Positions 24,721 to 35,958 of a stretch of DNA of 64,000 nt are shown one piece after another. The stretch is from Takakia lepidozioides. Its lineage: Eukaryota; Plantae; Bryophyta. The stretch spans positions 75,764,001 through 75,828,000 of the forward strand of contig CM060733.1 in NCBI GenBank assembly GCA_030704615.1, read 5' to 3'. The notes under the pieces were generated by a model that was not told the origin of the DNA, ran no database searches, and saw only the letters and a list, made by a program, of their open reading frames with translations. A program made the position numbers and the translations under genes. How positions within the stretch are numbered: position 1 is the first letter of the stretch; the number at the start of each line of letters is the position of its first letter.

Positions 24721-25049
24721 GCCACACAATAGGTGTGGTATCCAATGGAGACAACTGAGGTGGTCCTGGTGCAATCCCCGCACTCTCCTCTTCTCCTGAT
24801 GGTACAAAAGCCTCTACCCAGGCTTGTTGCACCCGTCGATTAGCAACCTGCTGCAAATCCTTGCTCGTGCCCCACAATGGAGTCTGAGCAATCATGGCAG
24901 GCAACCCCGCCATACCATGCATGTCATCCTGCTCTCCCGGAGGTGACACATCCTCTGAATGAGCGTTGCCCTCAAGCAACTCTCTAGGCCAACTCACTGC
25001 AGCTGTGAATGCTGCTAGTGTCGGCATCTTGCCTCGTTAGGCAACCGCA

Positions 25050-25460
25050 ACTCTTCCTATGAATGTCACAGGGAGTTGCACACGCCGGACCTCCCCTGAC
25101 TGCCATCCAGGCCTATAGGAAGCTGACTCCTCCCAAAAATCCAAGGTGAAGCCCATGGGGTACAATACTGCCCTACCAACCAGGATATCATACGAGACCG
25201 CGTCTGTCACAATGGCCTTGGCTCGCATCACTGAGCCATCTGTAGGGTGATCCGGCCGTAGTCTATTAGCCAACTCACGCCATGTCATGCCCCGAGCCTG
25301 CTCCGATCCTCCCAGAGACGTCTGTAAGGACAAGGCTCCATATCCGCCTCCGTGAGGCCCAAGCCTGCAATAGCAGCTCTACCCAGCATCAATGGCTGAG
25401 CTCCCGAGTCCAACAAGATCCACAGTGGCCAGTACCTCTTGCCTACCGGTCCACTCAAAC
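25050..25460 (-). pseudogene. Retropepsin-type aspartic protease
   Basis: ILLDSGAQPLMLG (DSG 25402-25410) ... YDILVGRAVL. Frameshifted. Confidence 0.85.
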
Positions 25461-26299
25461 AGAAAATGCCATCGTGGTTGTCTAACATGACAACTCCAGG
25501 TGTCACCATGGCGCGCTCAATGGCTGGCCTAGCTGACAGCTCCATCAACCTGGCAGCTGCAGCTTGCCATGGCGCCGTTGTGGTAGTCTTGACCCTCAAA
25601 TCCAAGGATCCCTCCGGCACTACACCTCCCACTATCTCCGCAGAAGATGAAGTAACCTCCCCACTCTCACAGAGTGTAGCTGCCAGCCTGAACACCTCAG
25701 CTGGTCTTACCCCCGGCGTTGCAATCATGGTAGCCGAGAACCAATGGAGCCTAGCACACAGATGTGGCCGCTCCCAGCAGCACACTAGCTGCCGTAGCCT
25801 TGGCAACACTAGGTAGTGGTGCTACCTGTGTAGCTCTCCCCAATGGCATAGTAACCTCCACCTCGGTAACAATCGGGCGAGAACTAGGTGCCATGGATGG
25901 CGTCGACACTGTCTCCGCCAATGTAAATGACTGAGGAAGCCTAGCCTGACGGCTTGCCTCCCCACGTTGTGGATCCAACTCCACCTCTCCACCTCGTGGC
26001 TCAGGAACTCGTGCTGCTCCTTGAGTCACGGCTGCAACAGACTCCACCTGCATTAGTGGTAGTGCTGCTCCGCACATGAATCCCATGCCTCCCATATCTC
26101 CTCTCTCTGGAGCAGGAGGTGGACCATCCGGCCTTGGAGCCGGTACCACCTGAGCTGTAGCAATGGCAGCAAGCCTCTGCTCTAGTTGCTGAAGCCGGTT
26201 GGCCATGCCTTGGTCAACACCCTGACCTCCGCGTCCTTGGCCATGTTGAGCTTGCCCTTGGCCTACACCTTGTGCCTGGCCACCTCGTCCTCTTTGGGC

Positions 26300-27670
26300 T
26301 ACCCCACCTCGCCCCCAGCCACCATTGTTCCCTTGGAACTGGCCTGGGCGCAACTCAGGATGCAAACCATAACACTGGGCCTCTCCATGCCCATGCTTGC
26401 CACAATGCCCACACTGCAACTGTGCAGGTTGTGCATATGCCGACCCTTTGCCTCCCTCTGGGCAATCCTTCTTGACATGGGGTCATCCACATATCCAACA
26501 CACCACCTCTGCCTGTTGTTGGCCTGCAAATGAAAGGAGAGACCCCTGCATCTGAGGTCCTCTCTGTCCTTCTCTGGGCTTCACCTGGGCCCCCTTGTTG
26601 TCTTGAGCACGTTGAGGTAGTGGTTGGCTAGGAGCACCACTACCCCGTGGTGTCTCCTTAGCAAATCCCACCATGACCACTCGTTTCTCCACCATGTTGA
26701 GCTTTATCCACTCTGCCAGCAAAAACATATTTGCTAAAGTGGGTTGGGCAGCTTGTAGGAGAGTTGCATCCCGCACCCTTCTCCTCAGCTCCTTGTCCAA
26801 TATCCCATACCAGAATTGGACTGCCTGAGCTTCCGTAATCCCTTGGGTTACATTTATCAAGCGCCTCATGCGAGTGAAAGCCTCCCTCAAGCTCTCAGTA
26901 GGCTTCTGTTGGAACTCTTGCAAGCTCTGCAACTTCTCTGTCCTCACCCCTTGGTAGTTCCCTCTCAACTCTTCGAAGAACTCCACAACAAGGTTGAAGG
27001 CAGGCACGGGTACTAGTGCTAGTGCGGTAGTGGCTTGCCGAAAACTGGCCGACATAAAAACCTCCCCAGATGGAAAAACGGCGCCGAATTTCCATCCGGG
27101 GCCGTAGCTACTGTACCACCAGTCCCACTAGTCCCCACTGCTGCTTGCTAAAGCTGCCGGTGCAGCGGCAGGTGTAGCCAATGCCCTCGTGGCTCTAGTG
27201 CCCCTAGTGATGGAGACATAGTCGGGTGACCAGTACATCCTCCGCTCCTTGATCTCAACCTCATGCCCCCGCCTGAACTCATGGTAATCATCTATAGGCA
27301 GCCCCTCAAGGTGCTGAAACAGCCCCTTCCATGCCATGAAAGGCGTAAATAGTTGTGGATTGCACATTTGCTGCAAATCACACCAACTATCAAACTCTTG
27401 GATAAAATCATCCAACTCGATGGTGCCCATCGCCCCAGAGTATCTTCGTGGCCCCTTGGTAGCTCCATACATCTCCTCCATTGTGTCCCACAACAATGGC
27501 AAGGAAACAACTTGCACCGCCGGTGTGAGTCCTCCTGATTCACAATCCGAATCAGAACCTTCCGTAGAAGACACAGGAGGTGAAGGTGGCCTAAACCGCA
27601 CACCATGTCTCGTGTACCCACTAGTATCGCTAGTGCTCAAACCGGCACTGTCCCCAGCAACTAGTGGCAC
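26300..27670 (-). pseudogene. gag: gag with two zinc knuckles
   Basis: PRRYSG..LDDFIQEFDSWC, FQQKPTESLREAFTRM. Knuckles CWICG..H.KKDC (~26470-26500) and CGHCGKHGHGEAQC (~26370-26415). Frameshifts present. Confidence 0.8.
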
Positions 27671-28429
27671 CTCCGTGTTGACAAACTGTCACTCAACCGG
27701 TCATGAACATGTCCCTAACCCCCTCTCCACAAGGTAACCGGGTAGAGAACCTGTTGCGGCTTATGGTTTGGAATACTAGGTTCCTAACATAGCCTACACC
27801 TGCACCTGCATCCACCGCAAGCACTCCTATGGTTGGCTGGTCATCACCTCCAACCTCACCACAGGAGAAACAATGATGGTTTGACTGGTCATCACTCCAG
27901 CCTCACCATCGACAACATGCTCTAGGACTGGCCGGTGATCAAATCCGGACCAATCACCTATAAAAACAAGCGCCCACACAAAACTAACATGGCGCACAGT
28001 CAAGCATGTAGGTATGGAGGGGATCCAAACACAAGAAATCAGAACGACAACTCCCCACACCAAAAACAACTCCACGGTGTTGATCCTGCAATGACACCCC
28101 AGCCCAAACCCGGACTGACTCTTGCCTCCACCTACGGAAAGGTCTTGGCCTAATGAGAGGGTGGAAAACTACGAGGAAGAGAAGCTAAAGCAATGCCTAA
28201 CCCTAGCATGCCCTCATCCCACACTCTTCCTCTCTTCTCTTCCCTCACTTGCATGACCATGGGAATATCATGAAGATACTCCTCAAACCGCCCTCCACGA
28301 GCTTCAAAATTTGGCCTTCAAGACCACATGCCAGTCCTTAGGCAGTCCACTAGTGCCTCCACGAGTCAGCACAGGCCGTCCACAGGTCAACACCGGCTAC
28401 CACAGACCAGTACAGGCCTACACAGATCA

Positions 28430-28795
28430 CTGGTCACAGCCGTCACAGCCCCACACAGGCCACAGCCCCACAGCCCATCACAGCCCCAAAGGCCACAGGT
28501 CATAGCCTGTCACAACCCTACATAGGTCACAGGATCACAGCCCCACAAGCCACAGCATGTCACTGCCTATCACAGCCCATCACAGCCTGTCACAATCCAT
28601 CACAGCCCCACAGGCCACAGGTCATAGCCTGTCATAGCCCCTCACAGCCCCAAAGGCCATAGACACAGCCTGTCACAGCCCCACAGGCCACAGGTCACAG
28701 CCTGTCACAGCCCCTCACAGCCCATCACAGCCCGTTACAACCCCACAGGCCACAGGGCACAGGGCACAGCTTGTCACAGCCCGCCACAGCCCCAT
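28430..28795. repeat. Degenerate CACAGCC/CACAGG minisatellite in the retrotransposon leader
   Basis: Dozens of cacagccc, cacaggc and gtcacagcc units. Confidence 0.88.
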
Positions 28796-30225
28796 CCATG
28801 GCCACTCATGGCAGTTTAGCCATTTCTCCAAGGGGTTTAGCCACGCCAAGCTAGGGTTTGTGTCTCTTGGACTCTAGGCTTCTTTGCACCGAGCTATGGC
28901 GGCTGTGAGGAAATCAACAAGGTATTCTTGCTCTTTATGGCCCCCACACACCACCAATAGTAGCTCTAATTCCAAAGGAAGATGTTTGCAACTGAAACTA
29001 AGTGCACAAGCTTCCTTTTAACTCACAAGACAACGTCATTGGTCCCTATGGCGACTAACCAAACATGGCTGACTTCCAGTCCTTGTAGGCACTCATTCAC
29101 GTGCTTTTCTTGACCATAGCATGCCCTTTGCACCTAATCCAGCCCCTGCACCTGCTGCTTCAAGAGTTGTGCTCCCTTCAAGCTTGAAGTTGAGACCCCA
29201 ACTCACATAGGCCCTACAAGTGCTTTTATTTCACCCCAAGTGGAAACCAGCCCTAGCCCCTCCGTTTGAGCTCTTGCACCCACAAACCTGAAAATACAAG
29301 CTTCAGCGGGCTGAAAGCATGCTCCACACATGCCCTACAGGGAAACCAGCCCCTTCCTTCCTTTCTTGCACTCCCAAACCTGAAAGTACAAGCCTTCAAC
29401 AGGCTGAAAACATGCTCCACACATGCATTGCCCTCACATAAGGGAAGTCAGCCCTTCCCTCTTCCTTGCTTGCCCTCCAAGCTTGAAGATGGAAGCTTCA
29501 ATGAGCTGAATACATGCTCCACACATGCAACCTCTTCACACAAGAGGTATCAGCCCCCTATCTTGGCTCCTTGGCTCCTTGATGCTCTCTAAGACAAGAC
29601 TAAGCACTCCACAGCCTTTGTCAAGCTCCTGAAAACCTAAGGCTTACATTTCCAGCCACAAGACACTCCTCTTGTGGTGCAAGAGCTCTTCTTCCAAGCT
29701 CTGAAACCCTAGGTGCACATTCCATGGCCTTGCCGCACCTCTTAGCTCCTGTTCCAGCCCTACTCTTGCCATGACAAGAGCCCTCAATGCTGAAGCTCGA
29801 GATTGAAACCCAATCTCAACATACTCCACAAACTGCACTGATTTGCCCCAAGCCAAATCAGCCCTTTCGCTTGGTCTTACAATCCTTCACACAATGAAAG
29901 CTTGCATTCCCAAGTCCAGCTCTCAGCTTTGCCACCAAAGCCACTCTAACCTGCTCTTGACTGGTCCTCTTCCCAATCGTGCTTGCTCATGCATGTACAC
30001 AATCTGAAACCATCAAGGTGCTCTGGAATTACCTGCAGCATGGTGCTTTCATCTCTGAAGCTGAAGATCGAATGCCAAGGTCTACTACCTCGTAACCCAC
30101 ATCACCTCCGCTTCTAACAACCAAGAGCTCCACGGTGCTCCTTGCATAACAACTTGGTTTCTCTCATTCTCAAGCAAAAACCACAAGTACTACAACTAAC
30201 TCGTATCTGGCACTCACAGATACGA

Positions 30226-30241
30226 GCTCATCTTTCTCGAG
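30226..30241 (-). promoter_or_regulatory. Primer-binding site complementary to the element's own LTR (putative self-priming)
   Basis: CTCGAGAAAGATGAGC abuts the CA end of repeat A1. It is the reverse complement of (G)CTCATCTTTCTCGAG inside A (30407-30421; 32763-32778). There is no TGG tRNA-type PBS. Confidence 0.75.
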
Positions 30242-30568
30242 TGATAAAGAAGAAGAATACAAGCACAAGCTTATGCAAGCTCACAAAGCTGAAGCATAAA
30301 CTCATGCATATATAACCTCATCACTCAAATACAAGTCAAGCCAAGTGCACCCCACGCCATGGGGAATCCACACTACGGCGCCATAGCTAGGCGTGGTGAG
30401 GCTCAACTCGAGAAAGATGAGTCTCCTACGCTTGTCGTGAAGATAACCACTCCAGGGCCTAAATCTGCCTTGACCCCTGGATTGACACTTGGGCCAATCC
30501 CAAATGTCAATATGTAAAAACTAGCTATTTCCTAGCTAATTTCACACAAGTGGTAAAATAACTTGACA
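30242..30568 (-). repeat. Terminal repeat A1 (327 bp, TG...CA), the distal part of the LTR
   Basis: Reverse complement of 32617-32943, same length, about 18 mismatches by hand count, mostly transitions. Confidence 0.95.
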
Positions 30569-30799
30569 TAGATGACAAATTGCAATCCAAAATTGAGGAA
30601 GTCCATGTTGAGCTCAGAAGATTGTCTGCTGCAGATGAAGGAGGCAGGGTATGTGCCTGACAGACGATTTGTGTTGCATGATGTGGGGGAGGAGCAAAAG
30701 GAATTTGCTTTTTGCTACCACAGTGAGAAGCTGGCCTCTGGTTTTGGGTTGATCAGCATGACCCCTGGGATGCCTCTCCATCTCACCAAGAATCTATGA
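30569..30799 (+). pseudogene. DYW-domain part of the PPR gene disrupted by the retrotransposon
   Basis: QMKEAGYVPDRRFVLHDVGEEQKEFAFCYHSEKLASGFGLISMTPGMPLHLTKNL. It joins 33122 onward across the TSD to restore HTFVVDDKL. Confidence 0.92.
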
Positions 30800-31596
30800 C
30801 ACGTGTCATCCACTTGTTGTAATGGTGTGGTGGAGTGCAATGATTGCAGGATATGCCCAGCATGGTCGTCACAGGAAGGCCCTGCATCTCTTTGAAAGAA
30901 TTAACAGAAAGGCTTGAAGCCAGACAACATCACCTTTAAATGTGAATATCAAGGTGTTACTCTGGCAGCGAAGCACTTTGACTGCATGCTGGACCGTGGG
31001 CCGGCAATTTGCCGAGGCATAGGACCTCTTTCAATAGTTATTTTGTGTGCAGATCTCGTAGCGTTAAGATGCAAGCACCAAATAGTCTTGCAACTAGAAT
31101 TCAGCTTGCGTGGTGTGATCAGAAACTTGAAAATGCAAAATGTATATTCTACACCAGTACAATTTGGCATTCTTAGGCCATTTCATAATCAATGTGCCCC
31201 ATTGTGTTGCCTGGGATTGGAGCTATTGAGTAATATAATTGTGCCGCTCTATTGCACTTGGTAAACCCATTGTTTGAGGTAGTTGTTTTGTGTGCAGATC
31301 TGGCAAGACATGCAAAGTTTTCATGGCAATCAGCGGAAAATAATCTGGGGGTAGAATGCAACACACTTTCTGGAGTGTTCATCCAAGTCATTCCCAACAT
31401 AGGTTGAATATGTTGACCATTACTTTCAATAAAACCACATTCTACATTTTTTCCGCTTGCAATACCTTAAGTAGGGCAACAGGAAGTGATTGGTGGTGGT
31501 GGATCCACACATGGAAAATGTGCCTGTAGTACTAAAATATATATTCTCAAGGCCTTCCTCCCGAGCCGCTCAATGTCGAAAGCCACTCGATGGCTG

Positions 31597-33121
31597 ACCC
31601 GGATTTGCCTGCAGCCATTCGTAGGGACACTGCTCAAGTCCTTAACCTTGACGATCCGGACGTGTGGGTACGTGCATGTGATGAGCGTGCAGAGTTGTTC
31701 AAGAAAGTCATGCCCATGGCTTTTGAGAACCTTGCCATTGCACAACACCGTGATACATTGATGTATGCCACTATACGTGGTGGAGGATATCGTCCTGGGG
31801 TTCGGCGGTTTAGCCCGAGTGACTATGTTTATTTGCAGCAGACTGCTCCTACGACCTTGGATGTCACTGCAGGACGTGTTATTCTGAGGGTTCGAGAGGT
31901 GTTGCCCTCAGGAGTCTTGATCTTGGAGGGTCGGGATGGCATGACTTGGAAAGACCATGTGCGTAATTGTGCGCCATGTCACCTTCCCAATGTCGATAGT
32001 TGACCCAAACTTGGCAGTGGTACCTGCAGGTTTGAGGTGCATGCTTTGTAGGTCTGCCAAAGGGGCAGCCACCATGCTGGTGTGTGATCGATGCTCAAGA
32101 GGCTGGCATATGGGATGCTTGACACCACCTCTTGAGAGGGTTCCTGATGGAGATTGGTTATGTCCACACTGCTTGGGATAGTGGCAGTGGACATGACTAG
32201 AGGCAGCTAACAAGACATGGGAGGCCAAGCTCATAGGAGTCAATACACGAGATCCCAGGCTCAAGTTCACAGGTTGCAAGACGGCAACTAACGATGGGGC
32301 AACTCTTGCACCCGGCCTCTTGATCTATCGAGTTTGAGTGTAGTAGGGACAATGGTGGAGGACTTAGTGAGGCTATGGTCACTATCACATCTTGTGGCTG
32401 ACCTAAGCACTAGCTAGGGGGGCGATTGTGTGGACTAGTGACTGCCATAGTGAGCAGCATAGTGGCAGCCTAGTGACTGACTAGTTGTAGCCTAGTGGTT
32501 GGACTAGTGGTTGGACTAGTGGTGGACTAGTGGTATACTAGTGTGTGGCGTGCACATGTGTTGTGTGGTTTTGGACAACAATGTAGTTGTGTAGCGATAT
32601 GTATGTGCACGACAGCTGTCAAATTATTTTACCACTAGTGTGAAACTAGCTAAGAAATATCTAGCTTTTACATATTGACATTTGGGATTGGCCCAAGTGT
32701 CAATCCTGGGGTCAAGGCAGATTTAGGCCCTGGAATGGTTATCTTCACGGCAAGCGCGGGAGGCTCATCTTTCTCGAGTTGAGCCTCACCGCGCCTAGCT
32801 ATGGCGCCGTAGTGTGGATTCCCCATGGCATGGGGTGCACTTGGCTTGACTTGTATTTGAGTAATGAGGTTATATATGCATGAGTTTATGCTTCAGCTTT
32901 GTGAGCTCGTATGAGCTTGTGCTTGTATTCTTCTTCTTTATCATTGTGTGGACTAGTGACTGCCATAGTGGGCAGCATAGTGGCAGCCCTAGTGACTGAC
33001 TAGTTGTAGCCTAGTGGTTGGACTAGTGGTGGACTAGTGGTATACTAGTGTGTGGCTTGCACATGTGTTGTGTGGTTTTGGACAGCGATGTAGTTGTGTA
33101 GCGATATATATGCGCACAACA
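31597..33121 (+). mobile_element. Same Gypsy-type element, 3' part: integrase C-terminus, PHD finger, PPT and B1-gc-A2-t-B2 repeats
   Basis: (H)PDLPAAIRRD...ENLAIAQHRD..Y continues the integrase broken at 20924. PPT AGGGGGGCGA 32416-32425; B1 32427-32614; A2 32617-32943; B2 32945-33121 ending CA; TSD TCTA 33122-33125. Confidence 0.93.
32030..32181 (+). pseudogene. PHD finger at the integrase C-terminus
   Basis: C4HC3 pattern CMLC..MLVCDRCSRGWHMGCLTPPLERVPDGDWLCPHC. A frameshift at ~31998 separates it from the integrase. Confidence 0.92.
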
Positions 33122-33690
33122 TCTACAACAAAGGTGTGCATGCTGTTGCCAACCTCAATGCAGGTAGCAACAGCGACCTGGCTCCTTCCTAACCCCTGAT
33201 CTGACCTTCATCATTTTTCTCACCCTTGAAGTATCATCCCACCTGCCAGCTGCAGCATAGATGTTTGATAGCAACACGTAAGTCGCGACACCCTGTTCAT
33301 CCCACCTGAGAATGGAGGCTGCTACATGTTCAACCATCTCCATCCCATGTCCCTGCTGTGCATACCCTGCAAGCATCGCACTCCACAACACCACATCTCG
33401 TTCAGCCATAGTGTTGAACACTCCCTTTGCATCTTCAATGCACCCACAGTTGGCAAGCATGTCCACCAGGGTCTTATTCAGAATGACATGTGGTACAATT
33501 CCAGCTCTGAAGATGTCACCATGCACCTCTTTCCCCTTTTCCAGAGCTGCCAAGGCAGTGTTCAGATTGACATTTGGTACAATTCCAGCTTTGATGATAT
33601 CTCCATGCACCTCTTTGCCCTTCTCTAGGGCTGCCAGGCTTGCACAAGCATTGCAAATGCACACAAACATGATGTGGCCGGGCTTCACAG
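33122..33690 (-). pseudogene. PPR L/S/P plus E/E+ part of the gene hit by the retrotransposon
   Basis: ...DVVLWSAMLAGYAQQG..ATYVLLSNIYAAAGRWDDTSRVRKMMK..GVRKEPGRC..IEVGNSMHTFVV|. Confidence 0.92.
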
Positions 33691-35958
33691 ATTCTCACAA
33701 TTCCAATATCTAAAAATATATCAGATTCTATCCACACAGACACATAACCTAAAAACTCATTGATTTGTTGACTGCAAAAGCAGTCTCGACAAACTACACT
33801 TCAACATCCCAAAAAGTGCAGTCATTTAGGCTGAGCACTCGCATGCTAAGAAACAACTTAATTGTGATAGCTGCTACTAGAAGTCATACTTGCAGCTGCT
33901 ACAAGAGTATTCCAAAATTTGCTGAATTATTTCTGCAATATTCACCTCCCTCAGTATCAATAAACAACAGACAAGAAAGTCCAAACACAAACATTTTTCC
34001 ATGGAGTGCAACAGTACATACACCAGACAAAGTGGTCAATTGAGGAAGCATAGTACCCCAATAATCGACACACGCACAAGTCATAAAGTATCTGTCCGAT
34101 CCAGCATTGAGCACTACCAATGAATTGTGCTCGAAATATTGAAACACATGCTCACCAATCATTTAACATCAATTTATTTCACACAAGCACGACTAATCAG
34201 ACCTGGCTGTCTCCAACACAACCCATAGCCCAGTAACCTAAAAATTTTACGAGAACATGAATGTCGGAAGTCAAAACCCCATGGAACATAGTACAATACA
34301 ACAATACTTTTGGTGCAACAAGGAAGTGTGTATATATTTGAAGGTGTAAATCCACTGGACTTATCAATCAATAGACCTCACCTAATGCTACTCAGTACCT
34401 ATTACTGACTCTAAACCGATTCAACATCCCAGTGTCCAATCTTACATGATGGTCTTGTTTGACAAATGCTCAGAGAGGAAATGTACAAGTTCTGATGGCT
34501 TCTCGTCTGCTTCACACTCCAAGTACTGCCAACCTCACATGACTAGTCAATATTGTGCATCGTTTACAGCTCCTATTCACTGTCATTTTAGGGTAAGTGC
34601 AGACTACACTGGCTCAAAAGCGGCAGATGTGCCCTCCACTGAAAGTCCATGAGAAAAAATTTGCTACCATTTTAATTAAGGATATTTGTTCAAATATATT
34701 TTTATCTTCGTAGGTAATGGTATACTAATCATATTTAGTAAATGGTCTCATCCCAAATATTTGAGATATTTTTTATTATATATATATTTTTAATATTTTC
34801 TCTTATTTAGAAATAATTGCTATTTATTAGTATCTTGTAGTTTATGAAATTTTTCCATATAACAGTAAGCTCCTAGAGACAATAACAATATATATATTCT
34901 TAGCAAAGATCTCCACCCAAATATGAAAATTTCAAAATGTTATGGACAAATCGTTATTTTGGGGATTTTTTTGGTACAAAAAAGTCCATAGTGTCTTGAT
35001 GGATGGATGGAATTGTTCACAAATTTATATTTGTGTCTATTCAAACATTGTGTATCTAGTTGTAAAGTCCATATATGAATTGGTTTTGCACAAATAGGTT
35101 TTTCAGATGGCATTTGGGACAATAGATGGACAGTGACAGTCCATTGGAATTCCATGCAAAAGTCCATAGCTTCATGAGATTTCATCCAAATTCCAAAATA
35201 ATTGTACCCACATGTACATATGGTAAGTGGCTAACCCATTCTAAGTCCATTTGCTATGAATATATACTTATGTATATAGGGTGAAGAATAATATGACAAG
35301 CAGTCAGTCAAAAACTGCAAATTGCAGTCCAAACTGAGCCACTTTAGTTGCATCTACCCTTTACATTGAATCTCTGTCTTTGCCCCAACTCTAGCTTCTT
35401 TAAACTCAACTGAACACATAAAACATGACTATATTGGCAGCAGCTGACCCCAAATTTGAGGCACTACAATACAAGGCAGTTTATATTTTGTTGTCGAACC
35501 ATCAAACACTTGCAGGCAAACGTCAGGAGAGGAACCACACTGCTGCTATCCAACCAAAACACACCTGCGGAGTGAGTCCAACTGGCATCTTTGAAAGAAA
35601 CAGATGTGTTGGAAGAGGAGATAAGCCGCTTGGCCTGGGTTTGCACCTCCACATGTGTCATGGCCAAAACTGCAACAGGATGACGTGGCATGGGAATGTA
35701 TGACTGCACTAGTATTCACAACTACACGTGGCGATTGTTGGTTGCCCAATGAATGTCTATGTGGAAAATGCAAAGATAAATGAATGAAATAGAACGAGGA
35801 TGTGATTGCAAATGATGACGTGTCTATATATCATTGCTCACGTGGTTGAAATATTGTGGTGTATTGGATGCAAGTGCATCTAACGGCTGCAAATGATACG
35901 ACTTCGAGGGTGACGTCGACTTACTGGTGATTTATTTTAAATTGTAAGTGGTTTCAAC

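Larger units (their letters stand above)
20924..30568 (-). mobile_element. Ty3/Gypsy-type retrotransposon, 5' part (repeat A1, PBS, leader, gag, PR, C5-DNMT, RT, RNase H, integrase core)
   Basis: Starts TGTCAAG at 30568 next to TSD TCTA (30569-30572, taga on +). Domain order is gag-PR-DNMT-RT-RH-IN. Broken at LLFGR (20924) by an inversion. Confidence 0.93.

Noticed and set aside
20924-33121. DIRS/PAT/Ngaro identity suggested by the split repeats and a methyltransferase
   Set aside because: The element has a protease, an HHCC+DDE integrase, a PPT, TG/CA ends and a TSD; no tyrosine recombinase is visible; and its MTase is C5-type, not the DIRS adenine-type.
32617-33121. Reading A2+B2 as the ordinary 3' LTR
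   Set aside because: The PPT lies before B1, not before A2. The PBS-like site abuts the end of A. No B copy was found after A1.
34660-35270. AT-rich GTCCAT-repeat region resembling 61150-61500
   Set aside because: Probably a DNA-transposon subterminal fragment, but no TIR or TSD could be fixed.
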